A DNA stretch of 64,000 bases from Candidatus Latescibacterota bacterium (lineage in GTDB: Bacteria > Latescibacterota > UBA2968 > GCA-2709665), in the NCBI GenBank assembly GCA_965116875.1, contig OZ220733.1, forward strand, positions 5,024,001 to 5,088,000, in the 5' to 3' direction. A model generated the notes under the pieces. The model searched no databases and was not told where the DNA came from. It saw only the letters and a program-made list of their open reading frames with translations. The position numbers were made by a program, and so were the translations under genes. Within the stretch, counting starts at the first letter, position 1. Every line of letters starts with the position of its first letter. Positions 17,301 to 26,887 of this stretch are shown one piece after another.

Positions 17301-18771
17301 GAAGCATAGCGGATCGGTCGCGTCGGTGGCGTTCTCCCCCGACGGGCGCATCCTGGCATCGGGCTTATGGAGCGGCATCGTCGGAATGTGGGACGTGGCA
17401 ACCACAGAGGAAATCGCCATGCTGAAAGCGGGATCGGGGCACGTAAGGTTAGCATTCTCGCCCGACGGGCGCACACTTACGACCGGATCCTGGCGCCAGA
17501 TGGATCACTGGAATGTCGAAACCCTGGAACGTGTCGCCACGCAGGACGTACCTCGCCCTGGGATCACTTCACTGACGTATTCGCCTGACGGCGCCATCCT
17601 CGTTACAGCGTCAGGGAACGGAACGGTGACGCAGCGATACCTCGAGTCGGGAAACGCCGTCAGGCTCCCCGGATTTTTCTCCTTGAGTGCGATGGCGATG
17701 TCACCAGATGGATCGATAATTGCTGTGGGTGCCGACGGTGGCGCTATACTGCAGTGGGATTTGGCGACACTGACAGCACTTCCGCCCCTGCAGCCGGTCG
17801 GAACTTACGCCGCCGCCAGTTCCCTTGCGTTTTCGCCAGGTGGGGATATCATCGCAGCCTCCATACCGTCCGACGGAGGGGTCGGTGATATTTTATTGTT
17901 GGACGTGGCAACACATAGAGTGCTCACCACACTTTCTTCGAAACAGCATATCGTCCGTTCAATGGCTTTTACGCCGGATGCGAAGACGTTGGCCGCCGGG
18001 GGATGGGGGGACGATAGGGTCAAGTTATGGAACGTGGCGACAGGAGACCAGATCGCCTCGCTGGAGGGACATGATAACACAGTCAATGGGTTGGCGTTTT
18101 CGCCGGCCGGGAACATACTGGCTTCAGGGTCGAACGACAATACGGTCAAACTGTGGGACGTAGCGTCATGGAAAGAGATCGTCACGCTGACGGGGCATTC
18201 GAACGCCGTCACTTCGTTGGCGTTCTCTCCCGATGGTAACACATTGGCCTCCGCATCTTTGGACCGGACGGTCAAGCTGTGGGACCTATCAACCAGAAAA
18301 GTGATGGCCTCATTGGGAAATGGAGAACTTGTCCATTCCGTGTCGTTCCTTCCCGATGGAACCACGCTCGCGGCCGGAACATTCGGAAAGATTACACTGT
18401 GGGACATGGGAACCCGGAAAGAGATCGCCACGTTGGAGGGACACGCCAGCAACGTCATTGCGCTATCTTCTCTGCCCGACGGATCCAGGCTCGTGTCTGG
18501 CTCGCAGGACGCCACCATGCTGATTTGGGACATGCTTCCATACATCACGCCACCCGAGCCAGATCCCGACTTCGACAGAAACGGGGTGGTGGGCTTTTCC
18601 GACTTCGTACAGTTTGCCGAAAAGTTCGGATTGAGCCGGCGTGACGTCGGATATGAAGTTCTTTACGATCTGGACAGAAACGGCACGATCGGATTCTCGG
18701 ACTTTGTGTTGTTCGCAGCCGCCTTTGGTGCAAGCAGCCGACAGTCTGCCCTCAATCCGAGACTCGGATAA
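14383..18771 (+). CDS. secreted multidomain protein: zincin-like (HELTH) + WD40 propeller + Ig-like + WD40 propellers + C-terminal dockerin/EF-hand-like module
   Basis: N-terminal hydrophobic signal and AVHELTHAFG. About 20 'LEGH..V..VAFSPDG..LASGS.D.TV.LWD' repeats. ISGNGQQG..PLVVEVRDQYG Ig-like segment. DFDRNGVVGFSDF / DLDRNGTIGFSDF repeats. Confidence 0.92.
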   Translation: MESNLNRCYLVLFSLAICGTVMICRPNVISASSVQADSVHFCALFDYEQWLRDNPAPAGKLAAERNVGPPRTVRLFYFLPNDRPFRQEVVDSMKTVIKQIQTFYAEQMQTHGYGEMTFRFEADAQGDPLVHRVDGEHADDSYYDNTVGPVLREIRQAYDREQNVVFIVVDNNANTSIGLHGTRIGGGGGISGTPKRSGFVMIPAGFSFGTAVHELTHAFGMNWHDFRDRNYVLSYGSNYKRISDCTAGVLAVNPNFNWDIPFETSTGPMIEQVSPARYPAGSKSVSIRLKASDVDGVHQLILQAVTTGISATSGSWEVLACRHFSGEKEAIAEFEYDGVVPSSDFTSLSDPPSHYFRVIAIDTDGNDRKPYSEIHFGIAEDSPYLITTLEGRSSYVSSVAFSHDGSTLAAGSADSTVVLWDVRTREQIAVLEGHTARVWAVSFSPDGSILAAGSQDGTIMFWDMATREAIPPVERHSNYVTEVAFSPDGKTFAAVGLGDDTVKLLDVATREEIGTLQMPTDLVSSMAFSPDGKTLAATSDGAVLLWDTATLEEIATLQHAKPVNAVAFSPDGAILAASVPGESAVVLWDVATHSKITALAVNPWWANSLAFSPDGTTLASGTANGTAILYNIMSEELEQAFPHAAGGVTSVDFSPDGATLAASSTDGRVELWDTSEWLRPRPSRLAEISGNGQQGAPEAALTRPLVVEVRDQYGDPLPGVPVTFTVTAGGGTLGGKFTIERPKTDTSGRAGVFFTLGPNPGTNTVEVSLGGRPLATFNAQGVGTIGITREDDFRKWHLPNGAIARLGKGSLNGGQHGLDISKDGRYLAIATETGVWVQEIASGRVTALLPAPNASSVSFSPNGTTLASTGWSEIELWNIESGRRIGILDREPLYFPTAVFSPDGATLASGQNDGSVLLWDVSSRKEIAVLEGHTNRVRSLAYSPDGNSLATESDDRTVRLWDVQTKEEIALIEKHSGSVASVAFSPDGRILASGLWSGIVGMWDVATTEEIAMLKAGSGHVRLAFSPDGRTLTTGSWRQMDHWNVETLERVATQDVPRPGITSLTYSPDGAILVTASGNGTVTQRYLESGNAVRLPGFFSLSAMAMSPDGSIIAVGADGGAILQWDLATLTALPPLQPVGTYAAASSLAFSPGGDIIAASIPSDGGVGDILLLDVATHRVLTTLSSKQHIVRSMAFTPDAKTLAAGGWGDDRVKLWNVATGDQIASLEGHDNTVNGLAFSPAGNILASGSNDNTVKLWDVASWKEIVTLTGHSNAVTSLAFSPDGNTLASASLDRTVKLWDLSTRKVMASLGNGELVHSVSFLPDGTTLAAGTFGKITLWDMGTRKEIATLEGHASNVIALSSLPDGSRLVSGSQDATMLIWDMLPYITPPEPDPDFDRNGVVGFSDFVQFAEKFGLSRRDVGYEVLYDLDRNGTIGFSDFVLFAAAFGASSRQSALNPRLG

Positions 18772-18873
18772 ATTATCGCTTTAGCCCGAATGAGTCCGGT
18801 TGAGTGACTCTGGATTGCGTGATTTTGCGAATCGCGCACGTGAAATGACTGTGTCTGCCCGTTCGCGCAAGAC

Positions 18874-19935
18874 TCACCCCTCCCCCACCTCCACCAAATC
18901 CACCCCGAATTCCGCTCCGATTTCGCAAACCGTTTCCCACGTCCGGTCGTCCACCTCGATGCCCTCCGTTTCCCGGCGCTCGGCGGTCCGGAACTCCGGT
19001 TCGCCCGGGGCGAGGATTTCATTGAACCCCGGCGCGAGGCGGCTGGATTTCACGTGGCGCATCAGCCCCTCCACTTCGTCGTAGAACGTCTCCATATCCG
19101 TGAAGTGTTCGATATCATAGGCATTGATCAACACGCCGTTGCTGATCATCTCACGGTCCCCGGCCGCGCACCCCTGGCCGCTCAGCGCCCCGCCGAGCAG
19201 TTCGACCATAATGCTCAGTCCATATCCCTTGTGCCCCGCGTCGCCCCCGAGCGGCAAGATGGCGCCCGGCGGGTCGTCCTTGAAGTCGTTCGGCTCCGTG
19301 GTTGGTTCACCCTTCCCGTCGATCAGCCATCCTTCCGGCACCTGGACGCCCTGATTGATCGCCAGCCGGATCTTGCCCTCGGCCACGATCGACGTGGTCA
19401 TATCCACGAGGATCGGTTCCGCGTCCCGCCGCGGCGCAGCGAATGCGATCGGATTCGTACTCAGCCGGCCATCGATGCCGCCGAACGGCGCAATCTGATA
19501 TCCCAGCCTGCCCGCATTCACGAAGATCTGCCCGATCATCCCCTCTTTCGCAACCATCAGCGGATACGCGCCCACCCGCCCGATGTGGCTCGTATTGCGC
19601 AGAACCACGGTCGCAACGCCGCTCTGTCGGGCCTTCTGGATCGCCAACCGGGTCGCGAACGTCGCCCCCACCTGCCCCATCGCGCCGCCGCCGTCCACCA
19701 CGGCGGTGCATGCGCGCTCGTTTACGACCCTGGGAGACGCATCCGGATTGAACCGGCCCTCCTGCACGGCCTTCGCGTACTCGTAGAAACGGATGGCGCC
19801 GTGGGAATCGTGCCCGAACAGATTGGAGTCCACGAGGTGGTCCACCACCGTACGTGCGTCCTCTTCGCGGCACCCGGCCGCTCGAAACAACGTATACCCC
19901 ACCCCACGCAATACGTCGGGCTTGAACTTTGGCAC
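18874..19935 (-). CDS. Ldh-2 family (malate/lactate/ureidoglycolate dehydrogenase) oxidoreductase
   Basis: LFGHDSHG, RNTSHIGRVG, LSTNPIAFAAP, DMTTS..AEGK, GHKGYGL. Confidence 0.93.
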   Translation of the reverse strand: MPKFKPDVLRGVGYTLFRAAGCREEDARTVVDHLVDSNLFGHDSHGAIRFYEYAKAVQEGRFNPDASPRVVNERACTAVVDGGGAMGQVGATFATRLAIQKARQSGVATVVLRNTSHIGRVGAYPLMVAKEGMIGQIFVNAGRLGYQIAPFGGIDGRLSTNPIAFAAPRRDAEPILVDMTTSIVAEGKIRLAINQGVQVPEGWLIDGKGEPTTEPNDFKDDPPGAILPLGGDAGHKGYGLSIMVELLGGALSGQGCAAGDREMISNGVLINAYDIEHFTDMETFYDEVEGLMRHVKSSRLAPGFNEILAPGEPEFRTAERRETEGIEVDDRTWETVCEIGAEFGVDLVEVGEG

Positions 19936-20381
19936 TTTAACTCCTTGCGTTAGAACGTTTCACGCCGCGACCGGCATCACCGCCGAGCCGGGCTACGACG
20001 CAACAATCGTCCGGCCTGATGTGTTTCGCTTGATATGGCCGAACGATACGCCCTGTCCGGCCCGGAATCAAGGACAAAACGGAATGTATTACCTGGACTT
20101 CGAACAGTCGTGATGCAGATCGCACCGGGATGAAATGACATCCGAGAACCGAACGGTAATCCAATCGAAAACGCCGTCTCTCTTCCATCCCGTGAGACGG
20201 CGGCGGTGAGTCGTGGCGTGTCCGGACGCAAGATTCCAATGTTTCGGTTTCGTTTACGTGAGCAGACAGGAATGTCCGCTCCACCCTAAAGGCGCTTTTC
20301 CGGATCCGCGAGCGGTTGTCAGAAGACGCGGATTGGAATCATCCCCCAGGTTTGTATAGGAGGAATCGCTTCTGCGACGTC

Positions 20382-21419
20382 CTATTCCGCTGATTCCTCT
20401 TCATCCGCGTCTGCTCGCGCATCGTACAGTCGTTTCCTGTATTGTGCGGCGGTCATTCCGTGTTCCGACATGCGGAGTTGAAAATACTGGCGCCCGATGC
20501 CGCTTTTCAGGGCCGCCCGCGACACGTTTCCGTCCGTGCTCACGAGCGCCCGGTGCAGGTACTCTTTCGTGAACCCGTCCATGCAGATCCTGCGCGCGTC
20601 CTTGTAGGGAAGATTGTAGATGCCGCGGTCCGGCACGTTCTCCGCGTCCCGGAGCTCGGCGGGAAGGTCATCAGGCCCGATAACGTCACCATCGGTAAGC
20701 GCCTGCGCGCCGGCAATCGCATGCGCGAGTTCTCTGATGTTCCCGGGCCAGTCATATCCTTCCAGTAGGGCGAATGTCTCCGGGGACATTCTGCATGCTG
20801 CCTTTCCGACACGGGCGAACCGCTCCAGAAAATGGGCGACCAGAAGCGGAATGTCGCTTCTGCGTTCCCTCAGCGGGGGCAAATGGAGCTGGATTACCCG
20901 AAGGCGGAAATACAGGTCATTTCGAAACCGCCCCGCTGCAACCCCCTGCTTCAGGTCCCGGTTCGTCGCCGCGACAACCCGGACGCCCGCCGTTTTCCAT
21001 CGGTGGTCGCCGACCATCCGGTATTCGCCTTCCTGAATCAGCCGAAGCAACTGCCGCTGGAGGGGTTGATCGAGCTCACCAACTTCATCGAAAAAAAGCG
21101 TTCCACCTTGTGCGACCCCAACCAGTCCGGGGCGGGAATCCGTGGCGCCGGTGAACGCCCCCCGGACATGCCCGAACAGTTCGCTCCGTCCCATCTCTTT
21201 TCCCAGCATACCGCAGTCCACAACGACAAATGGAGCGCCCGCACGAGGGCTGCAGTCGTGGATCTCCCGGGCGATGAGTTCCTTCCCGGTCCCGGACTCG
21301 CCGGTAACCAGTACGGGCAATTCGCTCTCGCCTGCCCGGCGCGCGAACGTCCGCACCTCGACGAATGAGGGATGAACGCCCACCATCGTGTCTGTACTGC
21401 AGCAGGAACTCCCGGGCAT
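20382..21419 (-). CDS. sigma-54-dependent activator (AAA+ and HTH only; no sensory domain)
   Basis: GESGTGKE, ELFGHVRGAFTGA, LFFDEVGE, FRNDLYFRL, WPGNIREL and a C-terminal Fis-type HTH. Start could be 21386. Confidence 0.9.
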   Translation of the reverse strand: MPGSSCCSTDTMVGVHPSFVEVRTFARRAGESELPVLVTGESGTGKELIAREIHDCSPRAGAPFVVVDCGMLGKEMGRSELFGHVRGAFTGATDSRPGLVGVAQGGTLFFDEVGELDQPLQRQLLRLIQEGEYRMVGDHRWKTAGVRVVAATNRDLKQGVAAGRFRNDLYFRLRVIQLHLPPLRERRSDIPLLVAHFLERFARVGKAACRMSPETFALLEGYDWPGNIRELAHAIAGAQALTDGDVIGPDDLPAELRDAENVPDRGIYNLPYKDARRICMDGFTKEYLHRALVSTDGNVSRAALKSGIGRQYFQLRMSEHGMTAAQYRKRLYDARADADEEESAE

Positions 21420-21521
21420 TTCTCGAAGCCTGGTCCGCCCTTCCTCGCAGGTGAGGGAACGACCGATTTAGCGTTGGGTATGCCGGCAAACAACGCGCAT
21501 GCGATACAACAGCGTCTTATC

Positions 21522-21656
21522 TGCAAACATCGTACCGGAAAACAATAAAGCGCCCCCAATTCATCGCAGGCGCTTTTAAAACAACAGTTTGAGATTTCAG
21601 TCTTCATATGCAACCCGGCTGTTCACGTTCCATCCGGTGTCTACCTGTGTAGACAC
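21522..21656 (-). promoter_or_regulatory. sigma-54 promoter with IHF-like site and palindromic UAS
   Basis: Minus-strand CGGTACGATGTTTGCA (GG-N10-GC) at 21522-21537; AAACAACAGTTTG (one mismatch to IHF consensus) at 21579-21591; GTGTCTAC-N4-GTAGACAC at 21637-21656. Confidence 0.7.
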
Positions 21657-21766
21657 ATTGTTCACCGGAAAGCGCCGCAACTCCATTCGCACGCATAACC
21701 TGTTGGAAATACATCATAATTCGACTGTCTGCCCGAGTTGACGACATATCAGAACCTGACCGGCTG

Positions 21767-24592
21767 TCAACCGGCGTCAACCCGGGCGCTGAGGCCGTGG
21801 CGGTCCATTTTCTTGTACAAACCGGATCGCGAAAGGCCCAGCTCCAATGCGGATCGGGTGATGTGCCCGTTGTTCTTGTCGAGCACCTGAGAAAGATACC
21901 GTTTTTCGACCGACTGCAGAAACGCTCTCAGGGTACCTGACGGTTCGCTGACCCCACCCGCTTCATTGCGTATGCGCTCTGAGAGCAGCCCCACGTCGAG
22001 AATACCGCCGTTCTCGGCGAGTGCCACAGCGCGGCGTATCTCGTTGTCCAGCTGGCGTATATTACCCGGCCAGTCGTATCTCGCCAATGCCTTCAGCGCG
22101 CCCGACGTCAGACCCGTCATGGTCTTCCCGGCTTCACGCGCGGCGTTGCGCAGGAGATGCCCCGCCAGCGGCGGAATGTCGTCCTTCCTGTCTCTCAGCG
22201 CCGGCATCTCGATGGTCAACACCTGGAGCCGATAGAAGAGATCTTTCCTGAACCTCCCTCGTGAAACCGCCTTTTCCAGGTCCGTATTCGTCGCCGCAAT
22301 GACTCGCACGTCTACACTGCGCGTTTTACTCTCCCCCATGCGCCGGAGTTCGCCGTTCTGCAGCACGCGGAGCAGGCTGGCCTGCGCCTGAGGCGCCGCG
22401 TCCGCGATTTCATCGAGAAAGACCGTGCCGCCATGCGCCGTTTCGAACAGCCCGGCTCGATCCGACACGGCGCCCGTAAACGATCCTTTTTTGTGACCGA
22501 ACAACTCGCTATGGATCAGTTCTCCGGAAAGCGTGCCGCAATTCTGAGTCAGAAACAGGCGATCTCTGATGCCGCTGTTTTCGTGAATCGCACGAGCAGC
22601 CAATTCCTTTCCCGTTCCCGTTTCGCCCAGTATGAGGACCGGCAGATCCGTCCTGGCGGCCAACTCGATCAGGCGATAGACGGCCTGCATCGCCTGACTT
22701 GCGCCTACAAGCCCGCCGAATTCCTTCCTTCCCGTCGCGTCGCGCTCCCGGTACAGCGTACGTTCCTTCAGTCTGCTTCTCATTCGGGCTTGAACCACGC
22801 CTACAGACAGTATGCCGGCCAGCGCCACCAGGAACCTCCGGTCTGCTTCGGTAACTCCCCTGCCGGTGCCACGAAGCTCCAGAACCAATGCCCCCGGCAA
22901 TCCTGACTCTGACCGGTACAGAGGTATGCATGCCACCGGACGGCTGCCGAAGTCGAATACACGTTGCCGTTTCTCGAAACGCATTTCCGGCCCGGCCTCT
23001 GCGCCAAATAACGGCTTGTTATTCTCAAGCGCCCGGCGGGTCACCTCACGGAAAATGGCATCTGCCTCGCCGTCTTCGCCGTCTCGAAACCGTGCCACTT
23101 CGGTACGTAATGCTCCAGACGCGGCATCCTTCAACACGATGGCGGCCGATACCGCGCCCAATACCTCCAGACAAATGTCCACGGTTCTGTTCATCAGTAA
23201 CGTCAGATCGAGGCCCCGCCCCAGAACCGCTGCAAGGTCTGAGATCGCCACAATTCTGTCCATGGCAGGACGATGCGACGGCGAACCCGCGGTACCAGGT
23301 CGGACCTCCAGCCGTGCCAACCTGGCAAGCAGTTTCGATGCTTTCCGTGCGTAGAAGGGTGTCTGAATGGCAGTCGCCTTGCGTTTCGCCGCCTCGAGCC
23401 GCCGGTGCGCCATTTCACTGTTACCATGCTCCAGGAAGAATCGACCCGACGCCAGCAGCGAACGGCACCATTCAAACCGCCGGCTTGCCTCATTGCACTC
23501 AATCGCCTGTTCAAAGGCGTCTTCCGCCTCCTTGAAACGCTTCGCGGACGCCAACGCGACGCCGATACCGCGCCACGCCACGGAAGGGGTTTCGCCCGAC
23601 ACACGGGTACCAGGCCGGGCTCTGTCCGCCCACTTCACCGCCTCATTCCCATTTCCCAGAGCCGCGTGAGCCTCCGCCAACAGTCCGCATGCCCAGTACT
23701 GTTGATATGCGTCCTTTACGTGAGACAGAACCTCCACTGCCTTTCTTCCGTACGCAACCGCGGTCTTTGCATCGTTCTTCTCAAGCGCAATCGAGCCGAG
23801 GTAAAACTGGCTCACGCCTTCTTTCGCGGTTCGCCTCCAGTCGCCTTCCGAATCCAACTTTGAGCGGAAGATGTCTTCTGCACTATCGAATTTTCCGGTC
23901 TGAAAGGCGGTCGTTCCCACCAGAATCATATCGGCGATGTGCCCGCGCCCACAGCCCCCGTCGTCGGACCGTTGCAGAGCAGATTGGAACCCGGCATGCG
24001 CATCCCCGAGACGTTCGTCCAGATGTGCGATACATGCCCTGAAATAGCTGGCTTGCGACGTGCTCATTGCGTCATCGGACTGTCCGTAGTGTTCTGATAT
24101 GCGCCCAAACTGCACTCTGGCTTCGGCCCGTCGCTCCATCCGTACATACAGGTCGGCGAGCCATCCCCTCGCTTCAATTTCCTTCTTCCCCCGTCCGAGC
24201 TTGCTGTAGATTGCAATCGCATCCAGAAATGCCCGCTCGGCGTCGTCGAACAGACGGGAACGGGCATTGAGGATACCGAACTGGCACAGAACCAGCGCCT
24301 TCTCACCGGGAGTGTCGTCTGAAATCAGCGACCACGCGTCCTGCGCGCTTTTTCTGGCCTCCTCGACATTTCCCCGCAAAGACAGCGCATTGGAATAGTC
24401 GCACAGAAACCTTACGGCGGATCTGACGCTCCCTGCAGGCACAGCATCCGGATCATCGACTTTGGTACGCGGCTTCGACACGTCTTCAATCATAACTTTC
24501 GCGCGGAATATTCTCTGTACGATGAGCGCCGGCTTACAGGCGTGGACGAGGTGGTTATCGGCCTCCTCGACATCTCCGAACTTCCGGCGCAA
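21767..24592 (-). CDS. TPR + GAF + sigma-54 AAA+ + HTH transcriptional activator
   Basis: Helical TPR-like N-terminal half, GAF-like segment (VACIPL..GALVLE), GETGTGKE, ELFGHKKGSFTGA, HTH LGLSRSGLYKKM. Start uncertain (ATG 24493 possible). Confidence 0.88.
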   Translation of the reverse strand: MRRKFGDVEEADNHLVHACKPALIVQRIFRAKVMIEDVSKPRTKVDDPDAVPAGSVRSAVRFLCDYSNALSLRGNVEEARKSAQDAWSLISDDTPGEKALVLCQFGILNARSRLFDDAERAFLDAIAIYSKLGRGKKEIEARGWLADLYVRMERRAEARVQFGRISEHYGQSDDAMSTSQASYFRACIAHLDERLGDAHAGFQSALQRSDDGGCGRGHIADMILVGTTAFQTGKFDSAEDIFRSKLDSEGDWRRTAKEGVSQFYLGSIALEKNDAKTAVAYGRKAVEVLSHVKDAYQQYWACGLLAEAHAALGNGNEAVKWADRARPGTRVSGETPSVAWRGIGVALASAKRFKEAEDAFEQAIECNEASRRFEWCRSLLASGRFFLEHGNSEMAHRRLEAAKRKATAIQTPFYARKASKLLARLARLEVRPGTAGSPSHRPAMDRIVAISDLAAVLGRGLDLTLLMNRTVDICLEVLGAVSAAIVLKDAASGALRTEVARFRDGEDGEADAIFREVTRRALENNKPLFGAEAGPEMRFEKRQRVFDFGSRPVACIPLYRSESGLPGALVLELRGTGRGVTEADRRFLVALAGILSVGVVQARMRSRLKERTLYRERDATGRKEFGGLVGASQAMQAVYRLIELAARTDLPVLILGETGTGKELAARAIHENSGIRDRLFLTQNCGTLSGELIHSELFGHKKGSFTGAVSDRAGLFETAHGGTVFLDEIADAAPQAQASLLRVLQNGELRRMGESKTRSVDVRVIAATNTDLEKAVSRGRFRKDLFYRLQVLTIEMPALRDRKDDIPPLAGHLLRNAAREAGKTMTGLTSGALKALARYDWPGNIRQLDNEIRRAVALAENGGILDVGLLSERIRNEAGGVSEPSGTLRAFLQSVEKRYLSQVLDKNNGHITRSALELGLSRSGLYKKMDRHGLSARVDAG

Positions 24593-24688
24593 TGAAACGC
24601 GAAGGGGTCGACATCCTGAGGCGTCTTCCCGGTACGATGGACCCCCAGCGCGAAACCTGAAATATTGCTGATCCGAAGATTACTCCGT

Positions 24689-26824
24689 TCAACCCCGCTC
24701 CATCAGCAGTTCCAGCGGATGGATGACCCTGATGCCGGTACCCTCGCGCAGGTGGATGGCGCACACGCTGCTTTCGGTGACGATGGTGTCCACGTTCGCT
24801 TCCTGAAAGGCCTGGAACAGCGGCTCTCCCACGGCCTGCGAGAGCTCGTACCCCAGCAACCCCTTCTTCATACCGAACGTCCCGGCCATGCCGCAGCAGG
24901 TGCCCGTCTGAACCAGTTCGACTTCCGCGCCGCGGCGTCTCAGATAGTCCATCGCCTGCCGGCCGGCATCCAGGGGCCGCTGGTGACACGACACATGGAA
25001 GCCGAACCGGCGGCCTTTGTACAGGGTCGTTTGTTCGGCGCCGCCGGCGAGCGTTTCGAGCATTTCCAGATAAGCGAACAGTTCGAACGTCCGATCGGCC
25101 ACTGCCTGGGCATCCTCACGGCCGTGCAGCAGCTTGGGGTACGAAACCTTCAGACAGTATGCCGCCGTCGGCTCGGTGGCCACAACGTCGTACCCGGCCC
25201 CTATATGGGGCATCATCAGACGTACGTTCTCGTCAGCCAGCTTTTCCGCCCGCTTCAGGTCTCCGTATCCGATGTAGGGATAACCGCTGCCGCGCTGCCT
25301 CGGCAGGATGACCTCGCACCCGAGCGCTTCCAGCGCCCCCACCGCGGCCCGGCCCAGTTCCGGCGCATTGTAGGCCGCATATATATCCGCGAAGAACACC
25401 GCCCGTCGAACCGGGTCCTTCGACCGCTGCACCGCACCCCGCTTCCTGAACCACTTCGACAGTGTCTGGCGCCGGAACGGGGGCAGCGCCCGTCTCCTGT
25501 CGATACCCGTAAACGCCTCCATCGCCCACCGGAACAACCCGTTTCTCATCATCCAGTTGGAGACCGGCGCCGTGGCGCAGCCGAACTTCGCCATCCCCTC
25601 CGCAGCCATCAGAATCCGGTTCACTCGTGGATGCCCGTTCTGCTCCCCGTCTCTATCCTTCACGCCGGCGATCATCATGGGTATATCGATTCCGGCCGGG
25701 CAGATCTCCTTGCAGAGCCCGCAGGAAACACAGAGCGGCGCGAATTCGGCGGCCTTGTCCAGTCCGTGCACTTCCGACGTCCAGGGGATCCCGATCGGCC
25801 CCGGATAGATGTAGCCGAACGTGTGCCCGCCCACCACGCCGTAGGTGGGGCAGATATTCATACAGGCGCCGCAGCGGATGCAGTTCAATGCATCCTTGAA
25901 CAGGGGATCTTCCCGCATCTTGCTGCGCCCGTTATCCAGTATGATGATGTGCGACTCCCTCGGTCCCCGCCCCTCCCCCTCGCCAAGCGGAGACCTCCCC
26001 CCCATCATGGTCACGTACGTCGTCAGATGCTGCCCGACGGCGCTGATGGGATGCGCCAGCATCATCTGCAACGCATCCTCCACGGTATCCACGATTTTCT
26101 CCCGCCCCATGATGCAGATATGCACGTCGGGAATGCTGGATACGAGTCGCGCGTTGCCCTCATTCGTCTCGATCACAATGGCGCCGGTCTCGGCGACCCC
26201 CACGTTGGCCCCGGTCATCCCGATATCGGCATTCAGGAAAATCGGACGCAGATACTTGCGCACGATCCGCATGATGGCGTCGACGTCATTCGGCACGTCC
26301 TGCTGCGTCACCTCCCGGAAGATCTCCGCCACCTGCACCGCCGTTTTGTGCACCGCGGGGAAGACGAGGTGAAAGGGCTTTTCATTCACCTTCTGGATGA
26401 TCAACTCGCCCAGATCCGTCTCGATCACATCCACGCCGGCTTCTTCCAGCGGGTGATTCACTTCGATTTCCTCGCTCGTGAGCGACTTGGACTTGGCCAC
26501 GGTCCCGGCGCCGCGTCTCTTCACAATATCCAGAATGTATGAAATCGCGGCGGGCCCGTCGTTCGCCATGAATACCATGGCGCCGCGCTCCCGCACCTTT
26601 CCTGCAAACCGGTCCACCAGTTCGTCCTGCTGATCGAGACACCGGACCTTTACGGAACGAACCGTGTTACGAAACGACTCGCCTCCAGGCAGCGCGCCAA
26701 CCGCCTTGTGCCGGCTGTCCCGCCCGCGTTTCATGGCGCGGTAAAGCGCCGTCCGGCTGGATCGCTCCTTCAGTGCATGATCGATCTTTTCTTCCAATTG
26801 TCGATACCGGCCCTTCAACATCAT
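24689..26824 (-). CDS. lutB: LutB/LldF-like protein (LUD + 2x[4Fe-4S]) fused to C-terminal CCG/GlpC-like domains
   Basis: KSKSLTSEEI, ETDLGE, NEGNARL, CIRCGACMNICP, CVSCGLCKEICP, CCGMAGTFG. Confidence 0.85.
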   Translation of the reverse strand: MMLKGRYRQLEEKIDHALKERSSRTALYRAMKRGRDSRHKAVGALPGGESFRNTVRSVKVRCLDQQDELVDRFAGKVRERGAMVFMANDGPAAISYILDIVKRRGAGTVAKSKSLTSEEIEVNHPLEEAGVDVIETDLGELIIQKVNEKPFHLVFPAVHKTAVQVAEIFREVTQQDVPNDVDAIMRIVRKYLRPIFLNADIGMTGANVGVAETGAIVIETNEGNARLVSSIPDVHICIMGREKIVDTVEDALQMMLAHPISAVGQHLTTYVTMMGGRSPLGEGEGRGPRESHIIILDNGRSKMREDPLFKDALNCIRCGACMNICPTYGVVGGHTFGYIYPGPIGIPWTSEVHGLDKAAEFAPLCVSCGLCKEICPAGIDIPMMIAGVKDRDGEQNGHPRVNRILMAAEGMAKFGCATAPVSNWMMRNGLFRWAMEAFTGIDRRRALPPFRRQTLSKWFRKRGAVQRSKDPVRRAVFFADIYAAYNAPELGRAAVGALEALGCEVILPRQRGSGYPYIGYGDLKRAEKLADENVRLMMPHIGAGYDVVATEPTAAYCLKVSYPKLLHGREDAQAVADRTFELFAYLEMLETLAGGAEQTTLYKGRRFGFHVSCHQRPLDAGRQAMDYLRRRGAEVELVQTGTCCGMAGTFGMKKGLLGYELSQAVGEPLFQAFQEANVDTIVTESSVCAIHLREGTGIRVIHPLELLMERG

Positions 26825-26887
26825 CCCTTTCCTTTCGTACCTGGCGTTTCATCAGTCCTTTCGAAACCGGGTCTGCAGATCCTGTTG

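Noticed and set aside
14383-18771. Diversity-generating retroelement target (repeats in a large surface gene)
   Set aside because: The repeats are ordinary diverged WD40 units; no adenine-specific TR/VR pair and no reverse transcriptase.
24665-26542. Long antisense/alternative-frame ORFs (also 35623-37479, 41447-42859, 44213-45685, 38648-39949 and others)
   Set aside because: They are shadows of well-supported genes, expected at high GC, with no motifs or RBS.
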